Below the pieces are notes generated by a model. It was not told the DNA's origin and ran no database searches. It saw only the letters and a program-made list of their open reading frames with translations. Both the position numbers and the translations under genes were made by a program. A DNA stretch of 64,000 bases from a virus: IMG/VR virus record IMGVR_UViG_3300027782_000044, positions 1 to 64,000 of that record. One strand, 5' to 3'. Below, one piece after another: positions 28,101 to 35,879 of this stretch (position 1 is its first letter; each line of letters opens with the position of its first letter).

Positions 28101-31100
28101 TTTGGGCACCCATGCCCATTCCGCCTCTTACCCTAGTGTCAATTCCTGCGGCTTTTGCAGCCTTTGTGTCATAGATCTTGCCACTTGCATCCATGAACTC
28201 TCTGCGTCTATAGCCATAAGTTCCTACTTTACGACTCTTGACTCCATCTTCTCCAGAGTCTTTCCAAGCGCCAACTGCTCCAACGTTTCCTACACCAGCG
28301 CCTGGGCCAGACATATACATAGGCATCATTTGTCCTGGATATGCGGCAGACAGCCTCTTAGACTGCTCTCTTAAAATTCCTTCTCTAATAGTTCTTGTAG
28401 TTGTTCTTGCAGAGTTTATTCGTTCTTTTGCATAATCTGCATAAGCTGAACTCAGATATTTTCCTGAATTCATAATTCCGTATCTTAATCCTACTGTGCC
28501 TAATTTAATTGAGTCAGTTAAAGATTTAAAAGATTTAGTTATTCCTGCTGGAAGCTGACCAATTTGTGAAAGTCTTAAGGTGTTTATAGCCTGCTGAGAT
28601 TGTCCAGTTTGCGATGCACCAAATGCGTTTCCAAAAACTCCAGCTCCGCCAACATAAGGAATTTGTTGTACTTGCATTTGAGGATTACCCGAAGCTGTAT
28701 ATCCAGATCTAGATACAGGTGTTACTGATCGCTCAGCCTTTAATCTTTCCTGCTGAGCTCTTTTTGCTGGATTTCCTGATACTCTAGATCCATCTTTTTT
28801 ACGTCCATAAGCATATCTACTTCTTTGAACAGGGCCTCCACCAACTGGGCCTCCAGCATTAAGATATTTTGGATTAACGTGCATTGCATGATACTTAGAC
28901 CAATCAACATCCATTCCTTCTTCAAATCTCTTAAGCAATGCATCATAAGGCTTTCTATCTTTTTTAGGAAGAGACTTGATATATGACTTTAATTGTGGAT
29001 ATGCGGCTTCCATCTTTTCTTTAATCTTATCGCCATATTCTTTTGCAGTCATCTTTGCAATAATAGGAGCGGTATCACGAGCAAAATCTTTTCTAGATCC
29101 ACCCTTGACTTGCAACAAGTTTGCCAGCGCCATCTCTTCCATAGAAGGCATAGTTTTTGCAAAATCATCATTCATAGATGCTTTAGCTAGGACCCCACCA
29201 TTACCAACATCTGACAATCTTCTTCCGTGAACATTTGATCTAGACAAATCTTTATTTGCAAGAATCATAGAAGCAATAAATTGATCCAGAACTTCATCTT
29301 GACTAAACTTTCCAGGCACTGATGTATTTGGATTAATGAAGCCTTCATCGTAATCTGACTCTGCTCCAAGAAATCTAGACTTGCCAGTTGGGTCCAGTGG
29401 ATTGCGAATTGATTTTGCAACTTGAACTGGAGTTTCAAGACCTAGGATTCTTCCAATTTCTGTTCCACGCATTTCTGCTGTTAAGCTAGGTTCATTTGGA
29501 ACCGCTTTAAAGAACACCTTTTTCTTTTCTTCGTTTTGATAAACCCCAGCAACTCCAGGAACTGGGAAACTTCTTCCTGTGCTTGGTGTTAGCAAATGAC
29601 TATACGATGCTGGAATATATCCAGCAGGCGTTACAGCTGACATTTCACGAGCTTGCTGCAAAATCTTAAGTTGTTGTGCTGGTGCTAATAGTCTTAGAGC
29701 TGGTGATACAAATCCATAATTTTTTCTGCTTCTTGATATATGACCACCTGGAATCATTCCGCCAGAATTCCATGCTCCCGATACAAGAACTGGTCTTGGA
29801 GGTCTTCCAGCCAATATCCATTTTGATCTTTTTACTGCTGCTTCTAAAAGCATGCCTAAAGAATTTTTTTGATCTTTATTTGCTCTTACTACTCTGCCAG
29901 ATTCCCAGTCAGCCTTGCTTTTAATTTTCCCATCATCTTGTAGTGCTGCATATATATCGTCTACGCTTGCAAACTTGTCCAAACCTGTTTTCTTTAATGC
30001 TATGGCAAGGTTTTCTTTTGCATCTGCTGAACTTAAGTTTAAAACATCTCTTGATAACCCTATAGTTTCAAGTGTGCTCATTACATTATTTATACCAGCA
30101 GGTATTACAGCACCAACCCCCATATAACCACTGGTTGTATACCCAACTAAATCTTTACGTGCAAAATGTGCTTTGTCGTGCAGTCCACCAATAGATGGGG
30201 ACCCATCAGATGCATTTAAAAATGTTGTTGGAGCAATTGCTGCTATAAGATCATGCACTCCAGCAAATTTTTTATTTGCTAGCATTGCTTTTCTAACGTC
30301 ATTTAGTTGCCAGTTTAAAGCTTTGCTACTACTTCTTGGGTATACCGTTTTCCCATCTTTTTCGAAGCCCTCTGCATCTTTAACACGGGGAACCATGCCA
30401 TCTCTTTCTAGTCCCTGGACCTGCTTAATTCTTATTTTTACAAAATTTTCATCGCTTCCGCCAGCTTGAGCCTTAGCCTTATCAAAATTGCTTGTTGCAA
30501 TATTTATAGCTTTATCAATTGGCAACTTATTGTGATAAGATAATTCAGCGGCGTCAAGCATGATCATTCTTACTCTTATATCATCTTCATATCTTGGGTT
30601 ATTAATAAACTTTAGATACTCTCTATACTGTCTCTTAAAGTTTTGTTCTTTCATTCTAGCTTGAGCAGATTTAGACATCTTTTTACCGTATGAATTTACG
30701 CCCTTCATTATCTGCCCGCCAAAACTATATCCGTTATTGGCTGCATCCACTGCTGCATATAGATCAGGCATTCTTTGTATCTGAGGACCAAAGACTGTTT
30801 CCCGTGGAGTAAGTGCTGCTGTTATGCTTCCGCCATCGTTTAAGTAGGTAGATGGAGCCATTGCAACTAATGCAGCATTTGCTGGATCCATTGAGGCTTG
30901 CTGATTTAAAACATATCCGCCTAGAGGAACGCTTCCCAATCTATCATCATAACCAATTGAAGAAGGTCCAGAAACCATAGTCTTGCTTGGACCAAATGAT
31001 TCTATGTCTCCACCGATGTTAAACTTAGGCAGCCTTGTTGTCTGAATACTATATGGTGCTCCAAAAGTTCTAACACCACGTAGTCTTCCAAATTCTTCCA

Positions 31101-33717
31101 TGACAGAAGCATTTGTTTTTTTCTTATAAAGATCTCTTAATGTAAACTGACCATTTGCATCAACAACTGGTTGGTCCATCATAGGAGCTCTTGTTAAATC
31201 AATTCTTCTTCCTCGACCAGCGGCATATGCTGTTACTGCAGAGCCCATATCTGCTTCTATCTGTGCATTAAGTGCAAGTATTCTTGCCTTAGCTTGCTCA
31301 ACTGTTATTTCTGCATTTCTCATTTGTTGCACAATAGATGCTGATTGCGTTGCGGCACTATCTGCAAATCTTTTAGTTATAGGCAGAATATCATCAAATG
31401 TGTCTAGCAGCTCTGCGCTTACAGTTCCACCCATAGCAATTGTCTTTTTGAGCATTGCAACTTCTTGTTCTGTCTGCATTCCTAGTGTTGCCATTAATGC
31501 ATGGAACTTAGCTGCTTCTCCTGGAACAATTCCTGTTGATATTCCCTTTACGCTTGTTAGTCCTTCAATGTTTGGAAGCCTATCGTGCATGTACATTTGA
31601 GGAGTTCTTGATATGCCTCTATTAACTGGGATAGCTCCTGGGACTCCGCCAAATATAGTTGCAGGATTATTTAGATCTCTTGGTCTAATATGAGACATTG
31701 CTCTAGTGTTAGGATCTCCAACATATGGATCGTTAGGGTCTACAACTCTTCTTCCGCCAACCATCACTGGGTTACCAGCAACAGTGCTAACTCCTCCATT
31801 TACTGGAACTGCATTTTTCATTGATGCCGCTTGTAGACTTTGATAATCTAAAACAAGCTTTTGTAACGCATTGTGAAGAACTTGAGCTGCTGCTGCATCT
31901 GAATAAAATGCATTTTCAACCATAAGTGCTGCTTTTTCAGCAGCAATAATTTCTGGAGTAAGCATCTTCCAGCCATTGGCCTTCATAAAGAATGCTCTTA
32001 GTTGAACAACTCCCTTAGTTATATATCCAAAGAAGTTTGCAAGCACACCAGTTAACATAATAAGAGGACCAACCAGTGCTGTAAATCCAGCTAAAAATGT
32101 TAATCCCTTTTTAATTGGGTCAGGCAACTTAGTAAAGAAATCTAAAATCTTTGTAGCTGCGCTTATAAGCTTGGTAGCAACTCCAAGAAACTCTTCTCCA
32201 ACATCTGCAAGCTCTGCTTTAAGGCCTTCTATAGCCCTCTTGTATTTACCAGATGCGGACTCTGTAACCATTTTTAATTCTCGGCTAGCAACTGCTGCTA
32301 AATCTGAAGTGCTTGCTTTCATTAAATCTAAAACTTGAAGAGTCTGGCTACCCTGCTTTCCTAAGTTGTTAAGCAATGCGCTCATTCTTGCAAATTGGAA
32401 CTTACCAAACATTTGCTCCATTGCTCTTGCTTTACTTAATGGATCTAAACCATCAAGAGCTTTCTGCAAATCCATAAGCAAGCCAGTTGTATTTCCAGTA
32501 TTTTTTGCAACCATTCCCATTACATCTATGCCAAAATCTGACATCATGCCAACTGTTTGTTTTGTTGGGTTAATAAGTGATGCTAGACCAGACTTTAAAG
32601 CATTGGCGCCTTCTGATGCGCTAATTCCACCTTCTCTCATTGCAGTTAAATAGAGAGCTAAATCTTTAACACTTCCTCCAAGCTGTTGAATTACTGGTCC
32701 AGCTTTTGGGATAGCCTCTACTAGGTCATTAAGAGTTGTTGAAGTTTGGTTTTCAACTGCGTTGAGAAAGTTAATTGATTCAGTTAGTTGTTGAGTATTT
32801 TGCTTAAAAGCTGTCTGAATAGAAAGAGTTGCTTTCATTGCATCTTGTCTATCTACTTCACCGAGTATTGCTAGTCTTGTTGTTTCTGCAATTGATCCAA
32901 GGAGCTCGTCACCAGTTTGTCCTGTTGCCGCGATATCAGCACCTAGCGCAATAGTTTCTTTAAAAGATGCACCCATTGTCTTAGATAAAACTTTTGCTGT
33001 TTCAACAACTTCTTCTCTAATTGCTCTTAAATCTGAAGCGGATGTAGCTGCAAGACCGCCATAAACTTTTGTTAATCTTACAAGCTCTGCGTCTGCTTCT
33101 CTAAATGCTTTTCCAGCTGCCGCTCCAAACATAGTTAGAGGAACTGTGAGTCCTACGGTAAGCTGTCTACCTGCCCACTGAGTATTTTTACCCCAGTTAA
33201 TTAAAGACCCTGCTCCTTCAGATAATGCACGATTCATAATCTGCATTTCCATGCGAGCTAATTTTCCGCTATTTGCTATTGCATCTAAGCCTCTAGGAAT
33301 CATTACATTGTATTGCATTAAACCTTGAGCATTTCTGCCCAGAGGTTGCAGTACTGAATTTTGAAGCATTACCTGTTCTTTGGCAAGCTCCCTGATCATA
33401 CCCTTTTGAGTTGTAGAGTGCTCTCTAAATGTTTGGAAATAGTTCTTAAGCTTTAGTCTACCAGCATCTAAGTTTTTACCAAATTTATCTACATCAGAAT
33501 TAAGGTTTACAAAGTGGCTGGAGAACTGTCCGCTTCCAGTTAAGGTATCTCTGAATAGATTATTTGCTAATTTTGTTGAAGAAGATATTGCTTTGTTTGA
33601 TGCAAGGAGTTCTCTTTGTAGTTGCTGGAGACTAGCACTAGCCCTGTGTACTTCAGACACAAGGCTAGACAAGTCGGCTTTGGCGACTATACTGGTTACA
33701 ATTTGTTCGTCAGCCAT
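22114..33717 (-). CDS. tape measure protein (3867 aa) with appended enzymatic cassettes
   Basis: Follows the tail chaperones; N-terminal TP901-type TMP core (GANALKSGLASLINPT); hydrophobic segments; GPGTGTSDSIPAMLSDGEYV motif; extra domains described in findings. Confidence 0.93.
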   Translation of the reverse strand: MADEQIVTSIVAKADLSSLVSEVHRASASLQQLQRELLASNKAISSSTKLANNLFRDTLTGSGQFSSHFVNLNSDVDKFGKNLDAGRLKLKNYFQTFREHSTTQKGMIRELAKEQVMLQNSVLQPLGRNAQGLMQYNVMIPRGLDAIANSGKLARMEMQIMNRALSEGAGSLINWGKNTQWAGRQLTVGLTVPLTMFGAAAGKAFREADAELVRLTKVYGGLAATSASDLRAIREEVVETAKVLSKTMGASFKETIALGADIAATGQTGDELLGSIAETTRLAILGEVDRQDAMKATLSIQTAFKQNTQQLTESINFLNAVENQTSTTLNDLVEAIPKAGPVIQQLGGSVKDLALYLTAMREGGISASEGANALKSGLASLINPTKQTVGMMSDFGIDVMGMVAKNTGNTTGLLMDLQKALDGLDPLSKARAMEQMFGKFQFARMSALLNNLGKQGSQTLQVLDLMKASTSDLAAVASRELKMVTESASGKYKRAIEGLKAELADVGEEFLGVATKLISAATKILDFFTKLPDPIKKGLTFLAGFTALVGPLIMLTGVLANFFGYITKGVVQLRAFFMKANGWKMLTPEIIAAEKAALMVENAFYSDAAAAQVLHNALQKLVLDYQSLQAASMKNAVPVNGGVSTVAGNPVMVGGRRVVDPNDPYVGDPNTRAMSHIRPRDLNNPATIFGGVPGAIPVNRGISRTPQMYMHDRLPNIEGLTSVKGISTGIVPGEAAKFHALMATLGMQTEQEVAMLKKTIAMGGTVSAELLDTFDDILPITKRFADSAATQSASIVQQMRNAEITVEQAKARILALNAQIEADMGSAVTAYAAGRGRRIDLTRAPMMDQPVVDANGQFTLRDLYKKKTNASVMEEFGRLRGVRTFGAPYSIQTTRLPKFNIGGDIESFGPSKTMVSGPSSIGYDDRLGSVPLGGYVLNQQASMDPANAALVAMAPSTYLNDGGSITAALTPRETVFGPQIQRMPDLYAAVDAANNGYSFGGQIMKGVNSYGKKMSKSAQARMKEQNFKRQYREYLKFINNPRYEDDIRVRMIMLDAAELSYHNKLPIDKAINIATSNFDKAKAQAGGSDENFVKIRIKQVQGLERDGMVPRVKDAEGFEKDGKTVYPRSSSKALNWQLNDVRKAMLANKKFAGVHDLIAAIAPTTFLNASDGSPSIGGLHDKAHFARKDLVGYTTSGYMGVGAVIPAGINNVMSTLETIGLSRDVLNLSSADAKENLAIALKKTGLDKFASVDDIYAALQDDGKIKSKADWESGRVVRANKDQKNSLGMLLEAAVKRSKWILAGRPPRPVLVSGAWNSGGMIPGGHISRSRKNYGFVSPALRLLAPAQQLKILQQAREMSAVTPAGYIPASYSHLLTPSTGRSFPVPGVAGVYQNEEKKKVFFKAVPNEPSLTAEMRGTEIGRILGLETPVQVAKSIRNPLDPTGKSRFLGAESDYDEGFINPNTSVPGKFSQDEVLDQFIASMILANKDLSRSNVHGRRLSDVGNGGVLAKASMNDDFAKTMPSMEEMALANLLQVKGGSRKDFARDTAPIIAKMTAKEYGDKIKEKMEAAYPQLKSYIKSLPKKDRKPYDALLKRFEEGMDVDWSKYHAMHVNPKYLNAGGPVGGGPVQRSRYAYGRKKDGSRVSGNPAKRAQQERLKAERSVTPVSRSGYTASGNPQMQVQQIPYVGGAGVFGNAFGASQTGQSQQAINTLRLSQIGQLPAGITKSFKSLTDSIKLGTVGLRYGIMNSGKYLSSAYADYAKERINSARTTTRTIREGILREQSKRLSAAYPGQMMPMYMSGPGAGVGNVGAVGAWKDSGEDGVKSRKVGTYGYRRREFMDASGKIYDTKAAKAAGIDTRVRGGMGMGAQMGIGMAGSMGAMSLMQQEKVLGMSGMTAGLALMGATTIIPMLPWKTMGSAVKSTTTSVVASIKAFKSVKDAISAVGASASNFVTKFKALGTVLAIVLTGLDVWKKYNNAQQDAAMGLSITADGAEQAGIKYFNLNQYLSDYIEKQKLANAAAQGSKNNSIGMPGIPQSVDEMKKAKEEGKVLKDLIESINRTSSTGELQRLINNQKAQYVAGGLSVEQANSMIYGAIANSKKASQAYKLLADQGFGAIEDKSSAAEFAVGNLVKTINGNKSSFSLWKDNIDFQPSDLLNPISFSTNLFDSYGQTFADANAQKKAVVSGFESMIGIVNAGTQALIGTKNAQGDLIDEFEAYQTMLASTEKNIPEFNIPIGKDTYQTLKEMSPELEKIINEFDTLKSIIAKTKLFTSGISIDLKSIDADLAIKLAGFTAAIGSGIADLTAAGNSENTYGATGKVLKRLQESILATSAASQKAAAVSQRNIQEEIKLIAKKISLIEDEKNKKLESLRATQDASNYALELQKLQIEYADAVARGDVSGAARARINIDQLTSNRQADLAEKAIQDEAARLKAIEQKKIDAKQAAADKKAIAFQNRQDNATSAAAVMDVVKGFKATYDEITALRITNSMMPESEAKRKAEGELVGKLSDLLKKVGAAGTGSSETAKAIRESFAQYFNKDGTIKKVYVESPGSPASTTSGVTSTTITTLNKDILKILDRDVALVSSMATQITGGKGYSIKTMTEEIVAALKGTSKTVYGGKSKDVFGMDMLINTLLPSQQGKINKFAKEKGYKAGQQFTLKESNGILKEFIVLNDGTVKFVKNTSPTYAIGGKVTGPGTGTSDSIPAMLSDGEYVIKASSVAKYGVETLDALNAQRLHKGGPVGHRHGRNLPGSLFKWKSYPEDMPDYWSDGSPSGSPYTQRWGALRYGPAKGKDIWGGTEIPGLRFDGKIANRSDYWHQIAEQPVKYSGPGMGLDKDPMRYAGSGASMSGIGNGVYGAGSWLTFANGGPVGNKNKNGNWFSRFNPVNSISSMLSGMFSFGASKAVNQNVNVQSTMTQQEKDRALLQTAQLLSGYTSAFNLKNSTSPEIAGSQKLGTAADVLGVLPLIGGLSKITKLPGLAAKSKLVTPDINLTPTGPLSSFNAAKYEGKNISAKNMQKFLSDVLGDVSLPAIKEEKLPWNVAGQYVPRFADKSSNYENLLPHILLNSNHKTSGQTAVHETMHHFDFETHNTFKRTLEMLRKSGKYDLADRYESVYVNAEKQQKGLGFATWEDYAIGQKDIDSIAWSNGAAEAFADENTFKAYLNFVNSKSLKDKMLASKIGNTYGPGLGTDNLRGYFKTFRMFEQNALALPLRLNPQFLKGFIDNSPNMPEKTKTIYQMWQEGLQEFNPAAYVSKPEELPNSVQYKKFKDYITSYNLDKAKGYHKGGPVGHKHGNFFSRFNPANVFASITNGMFGFGASKAFNKNISAPKIDQSETDLAALQTAQMLTGYTSAFNLKNKTSPEIFGSQNLGVAADVLGVLPGLGLASKLTRPITKPITSKIAVDAFTPIKVNAKIKETLLGPSALSPYESAMIKAEKLAKAGKFTPIEKLGTVKYEDLLKEARNLTEHTGTFPTPKGDYSFKFKPAQIDQYPPESTFKSGISGIQENMYGNEWVGPMHNIEVYAPDGSVAGNITWDSITGTIRLIGVNHNHRKLGIARFMNEYGASITRIKHSKQRTSDGVGYSEAIGGIMPNMPFISPGKVTLASLVSNAANSRLAALRSKLIPGKPYTPTPYSVPKPSEAQLAYDAQHAARMEKQRLAIKAADQAHYESLMAWRKNPNRTYNSYPFGHGSYVEMIDNKDLLRLMKQGNDVPATWAWENPYLPPIANRAPHSRPGSNIWSENNYGHTSDAAGGYINNTGLNLTNSISTAFSRLGVPQFENGINMVPANMLAMLHKDEAVIPANMNPFNPNASAAVSGSVYNINVELNGTNVTAQDVATQIHREMRLKEMAAGVNRRVGGQ
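23540..25105 (-). repeat. two diverged copies of a ~90-100-aa module inside the TMP (about 23540-23855 and 24800-25105)
   Basis: GGPVG...FSRFNP.N...GMF.FGASKA.N.N...LQTAQ.L.GYTSAFNLKN.TSPEI.GSQ.LG.AADVLGVLP..G occurs twice. Confidence 0.9.
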
Positions 33718-34094
33718 TAATTACTCCTAGAATATCCTAACCCTGCGCCAATTCCAAATCCAGCTTGTGCTGCGAATGGCCCTTGTAATCCAACAACATC
33801 ATCTGCTGATGCTGTTATACCAAGTGCTCTTCTTTGGATATCTTCAAAGGTAGAACCTTTTTTTTCTTCTTCTACATCATCATCTAATTGTATTCCTTTT
33901 AGTGATGCTGCAAACTTTCTTTGGTTGTGCTCTTTTAGGTTTATCGCTGTTATGGTTTGAACCAACTCTGGCATCGATAAATTTTCTTCTAGCTCTTCAT
34001 AATTCTTCCAGTGTCCCAGAAGAAAAACTTGGCCTTCTAAAGCGGCTAAATCTAGTTCTGACCAGCCAGTACTGCTGCCGCTATCAGGTTTGGG
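33717..34094 (-). CDS. tail assembly chaperone, -1 frameshift extension (gpGT-like C-terminal part)
   Basis: The -1 frame is open from the slippery site (PDSGSTGWSELDLAALEGQVFLLGHWKNYEELEENLSMPEL...) to the stop at 33717. Confidence 0.8.
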   Translation of the reverse strand, partial: PKPDSGSSTGWSELDLAALEGQVFLLGHWKNYEELEENLSMPELVQTITAINLKEHNQRKFAASLKGIQLDDDVEEEKKGSTFEDIQRRALGITASADDVVGLQGPFAAQAGFGIGAGLGYSRSN

Positions 34095-34384
34095 TCGTCC
34101 ATCTTAATTCCTCCGCAAACTTCAAGGATGCGGTTAATTGTTGGAACGTCTAATGCTTCTTCTAGCTTGTCTAGGTCTGCAACTAGATCTGGTAGCTGAG
34201 TTTCTATTGCAACTCCGCATGCTTCTACCAAAATACCAAGTGTTGCAGCTTCGTCTTCTGCGTCTTGAACTTTTTTAATTACTTCCATAAACTTTCGTAG
34301 TTGCTTGATTGATAATGGCTTGAGCTTTACTTTAGCTCCGCTTTGTAGTTCAATCTCTTCTACGTCATATACTGTTGTTGCCAT
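34052..34384 (-). CDS. tail assembly chaperone (gpG-like)
   Basis: Between tail tube and TMP; acidic 110 aa; KLKPLSIKQLR; AGGAGG RBS. Confidence 0.85.
   Translation of the reverse strand: MATTVYDVEEIELQSGAKVKLKPLSIKQLRKFMEVIKKVQDAEDEAATLGILVEACGVAIETQLPDLVADLDKLEEALDVPTINRILEVCGGIKMDDPNLIAAAVLAGQN
34088..34094 (-). other. programmed -1 ribosomal frameshift site C CCA AAC
   Basis: X XXY YYZ heptamer in the correct register near the chaperone 3' end. Confidence 0.8.
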
Positions 34385-34412
34385 TGTATCCTCCTTAAGG
34401 ATCGTCTAAATT

Positions 34413-34441
34413 ATTATAGCATAATCATTATAAGGGTACAA
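34413..34441 (-). promoter_or_regulatory. sigma70-type promoter for chaperone/TMP
   Basis: TTGTAC-17 nt-TATAAT with extended TG. Confidence 0.65.
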
Positions 34442-34445
34442 CAGC

Positions 34446-34471
34446 AAAGCCCCCAATTTCTTGGGGGCTTT
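34446..34471 (-). terminator. intrinsic terminator after the major tail gene
   Basis: aaagcccccaa-tttc-ttgggggcttt inverted repeat. Confidence 0.85.
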
Positions 34472-34491
34472 GATATTAATTATTAATATAA

Positions 34492-35265
34492 TTAAGCTGA
34501 TAGAACACGGTCAATAATTTTACCGTACTCTGAACCAATGTGGCTTGCTTCACCTGATGGGAGAAGACGGAATGTCACTGGGAATGTTGTTGCTGCTGTA
34601 CGAGCCAAAGAGAACTGTGACTGCTCAACAGACAAAACACGACGTGCATAGTATACACGCTCTGTTGTTATATTAGCGCCTGAATCATCTCTTGTTGGAG
34701 CTTGTCCAATTGCAATTAGTTGACGCTCTGTTGGAGCTGCACCTAGTGCGCCTGCTTCCAAGCCTAGTACGTCAACGTCAGAACCCTTTACTAGCGTTGA
34801 TCCCTTTTGTCCAAATACTGCTAGGATATTTTCTAGAGTACCTTCTGCCATTTCTGTTGAAATTTGAACCTGCATAGCAGACTTGAAAAGCTTAGCTGTA
34901 TCGAGCAACTGATCAACAGTTACTGAATCGAATGTTGGCTGGTAGCTGATCTGAAGACCGTTATTTGTGTAACCTACGTTACGATATGCTCCACCCTTTT
35001 TTGGGTTAGATGCTGTAAACGGAGCTGTTGCTTGTGTAGTAGCTGTGTCTACAGATACCTTATTTAATGTATCTGTGTAAGACTCTCCTGCTAAGAATGC
35101 TGGTACGTAACGGTTTTTATCTGCAACGAAAGCATTTTCTGGGGTTGCCCCTGCTTCCATGCTATTATCATAACCATTTACGGTTGAATCTTCTACTGAC
35201 AAAAATAGTGGTGATGCTCCAACAAGAATGTTGCGGGCGTCTCCTGTATTTTGATATGTTGCCAT
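34492..35265 (-). CDS. major tail (tube) protein
   Basis: VGYTNNGLQISYQPTF..V.VDQ tube signature; flanked by its own promoter and terminator; start MATYQ at 35265 behind GGAGG. Confidence 0.88.
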   Translation of the reverse strand: MATYQNTGDARNILVGASPLFLSVEDSTVNGYDNSMEAGATPENAFVADKNRYVPAFLAGESYTDTLNKVSVDTATTQATAPFTASNPKKGGAYRNVGYTNNGLQISYQPTFDSVTVDQLLDTAKLFKSAMQVQISTEMAEGTLENILAVFGQKGSTLVKGSDVDVLGLEAGALGAAPTERQLIAIGQAPTRDDSGANITTERVYYARRVLSVEQSQFSLARTAATTFPVTFRLLPSGEASHIGSEYGKIIDRVLSA

Positions 35266-35339
35266 AATTGTATTGCCTCCTGATTTCATATGAAATTAAT
35301 ATATATATTTTGGCTGGCTAGGCCCTTTCCTCTGTTCTA

Positions 35340-35368
35340 ATTTTACTCTACTATATTATAAAAGGCAA
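35340..35368 (-). promoter_or_regulatory. sigma70-type promoter for the major tail gene
   Basis: TTGCCT-17 nt-TAAAAT. Confidence 0.6.
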
Positions 35369-35369
35369 A

Positions 35370-35879
35370 TTAGGCAAACCTGCCCTGGCCATTTGTTATC
35401 CTTGAATATTTGACCTCTAATATGACATCTGCTGCATAGAATCCTTGGATTTCTTCTGATGGAGCTGTAGATGATATGTCTGCTATATGGATACTATGGA
35501 ATTTGAATTTATCTGATAACCCCGCCCATTTATTCACATCTCTGGCAGATTCATCCATTCTTCTGAATTCATCTGTTAGGAAGTTTCTTATTTCAACAAT
35601 ATCGATAAGTTCTGGAGAATATAGTGTTAGCAGTATTTGCTCGCAGCATATCATCCAGTTATTCTCATAAGACATTCCTATCTTGTCGTAGACTATATGC
35701 TTCTTACCGCTTAAAAACTGATTCATCTCTGGTTGTTGCTGGACTGGAACAATTGGCACAAGAGTCTCATTTAGATTATCTGAATAATATTCTTCCTCGT
35801 TGAATATGCCTAACCATGTAAGCCTGTTCCAAAGGAACTTTCTTATTTCAAACATTGCATCTAATTTATAATTAGCCAT
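35370..35879 (-). CDS. tail terminator/completion protein
   Basis: Directly before the tail tube gene; start moved to MANYKL (35879) behind GAGG. Confidence 0.65.
   Translation of the reverse strand: MANYKLDAMFEIRKFLWNRLTWLGIFNEEEYYSDNLNETLVPIVPVQQQPEMNQFLSGKKHIVYDKIGMSYENNWMICCEQILLTLYSPELIDIVEIRNFLTDEFRRMDESARDVNKWAGLSDKFKFHSIHIADISSTAPSEEIQGFYAADVILEVKYSRITNGQGRFA

Noticed and set aside
35283-35296. 14-bp palindrome atttcatatgaaat before the major tail RBS
   Set aside because: Almost all A/T in an AT-rich spacer, and no second copy was noticed; could be chance.
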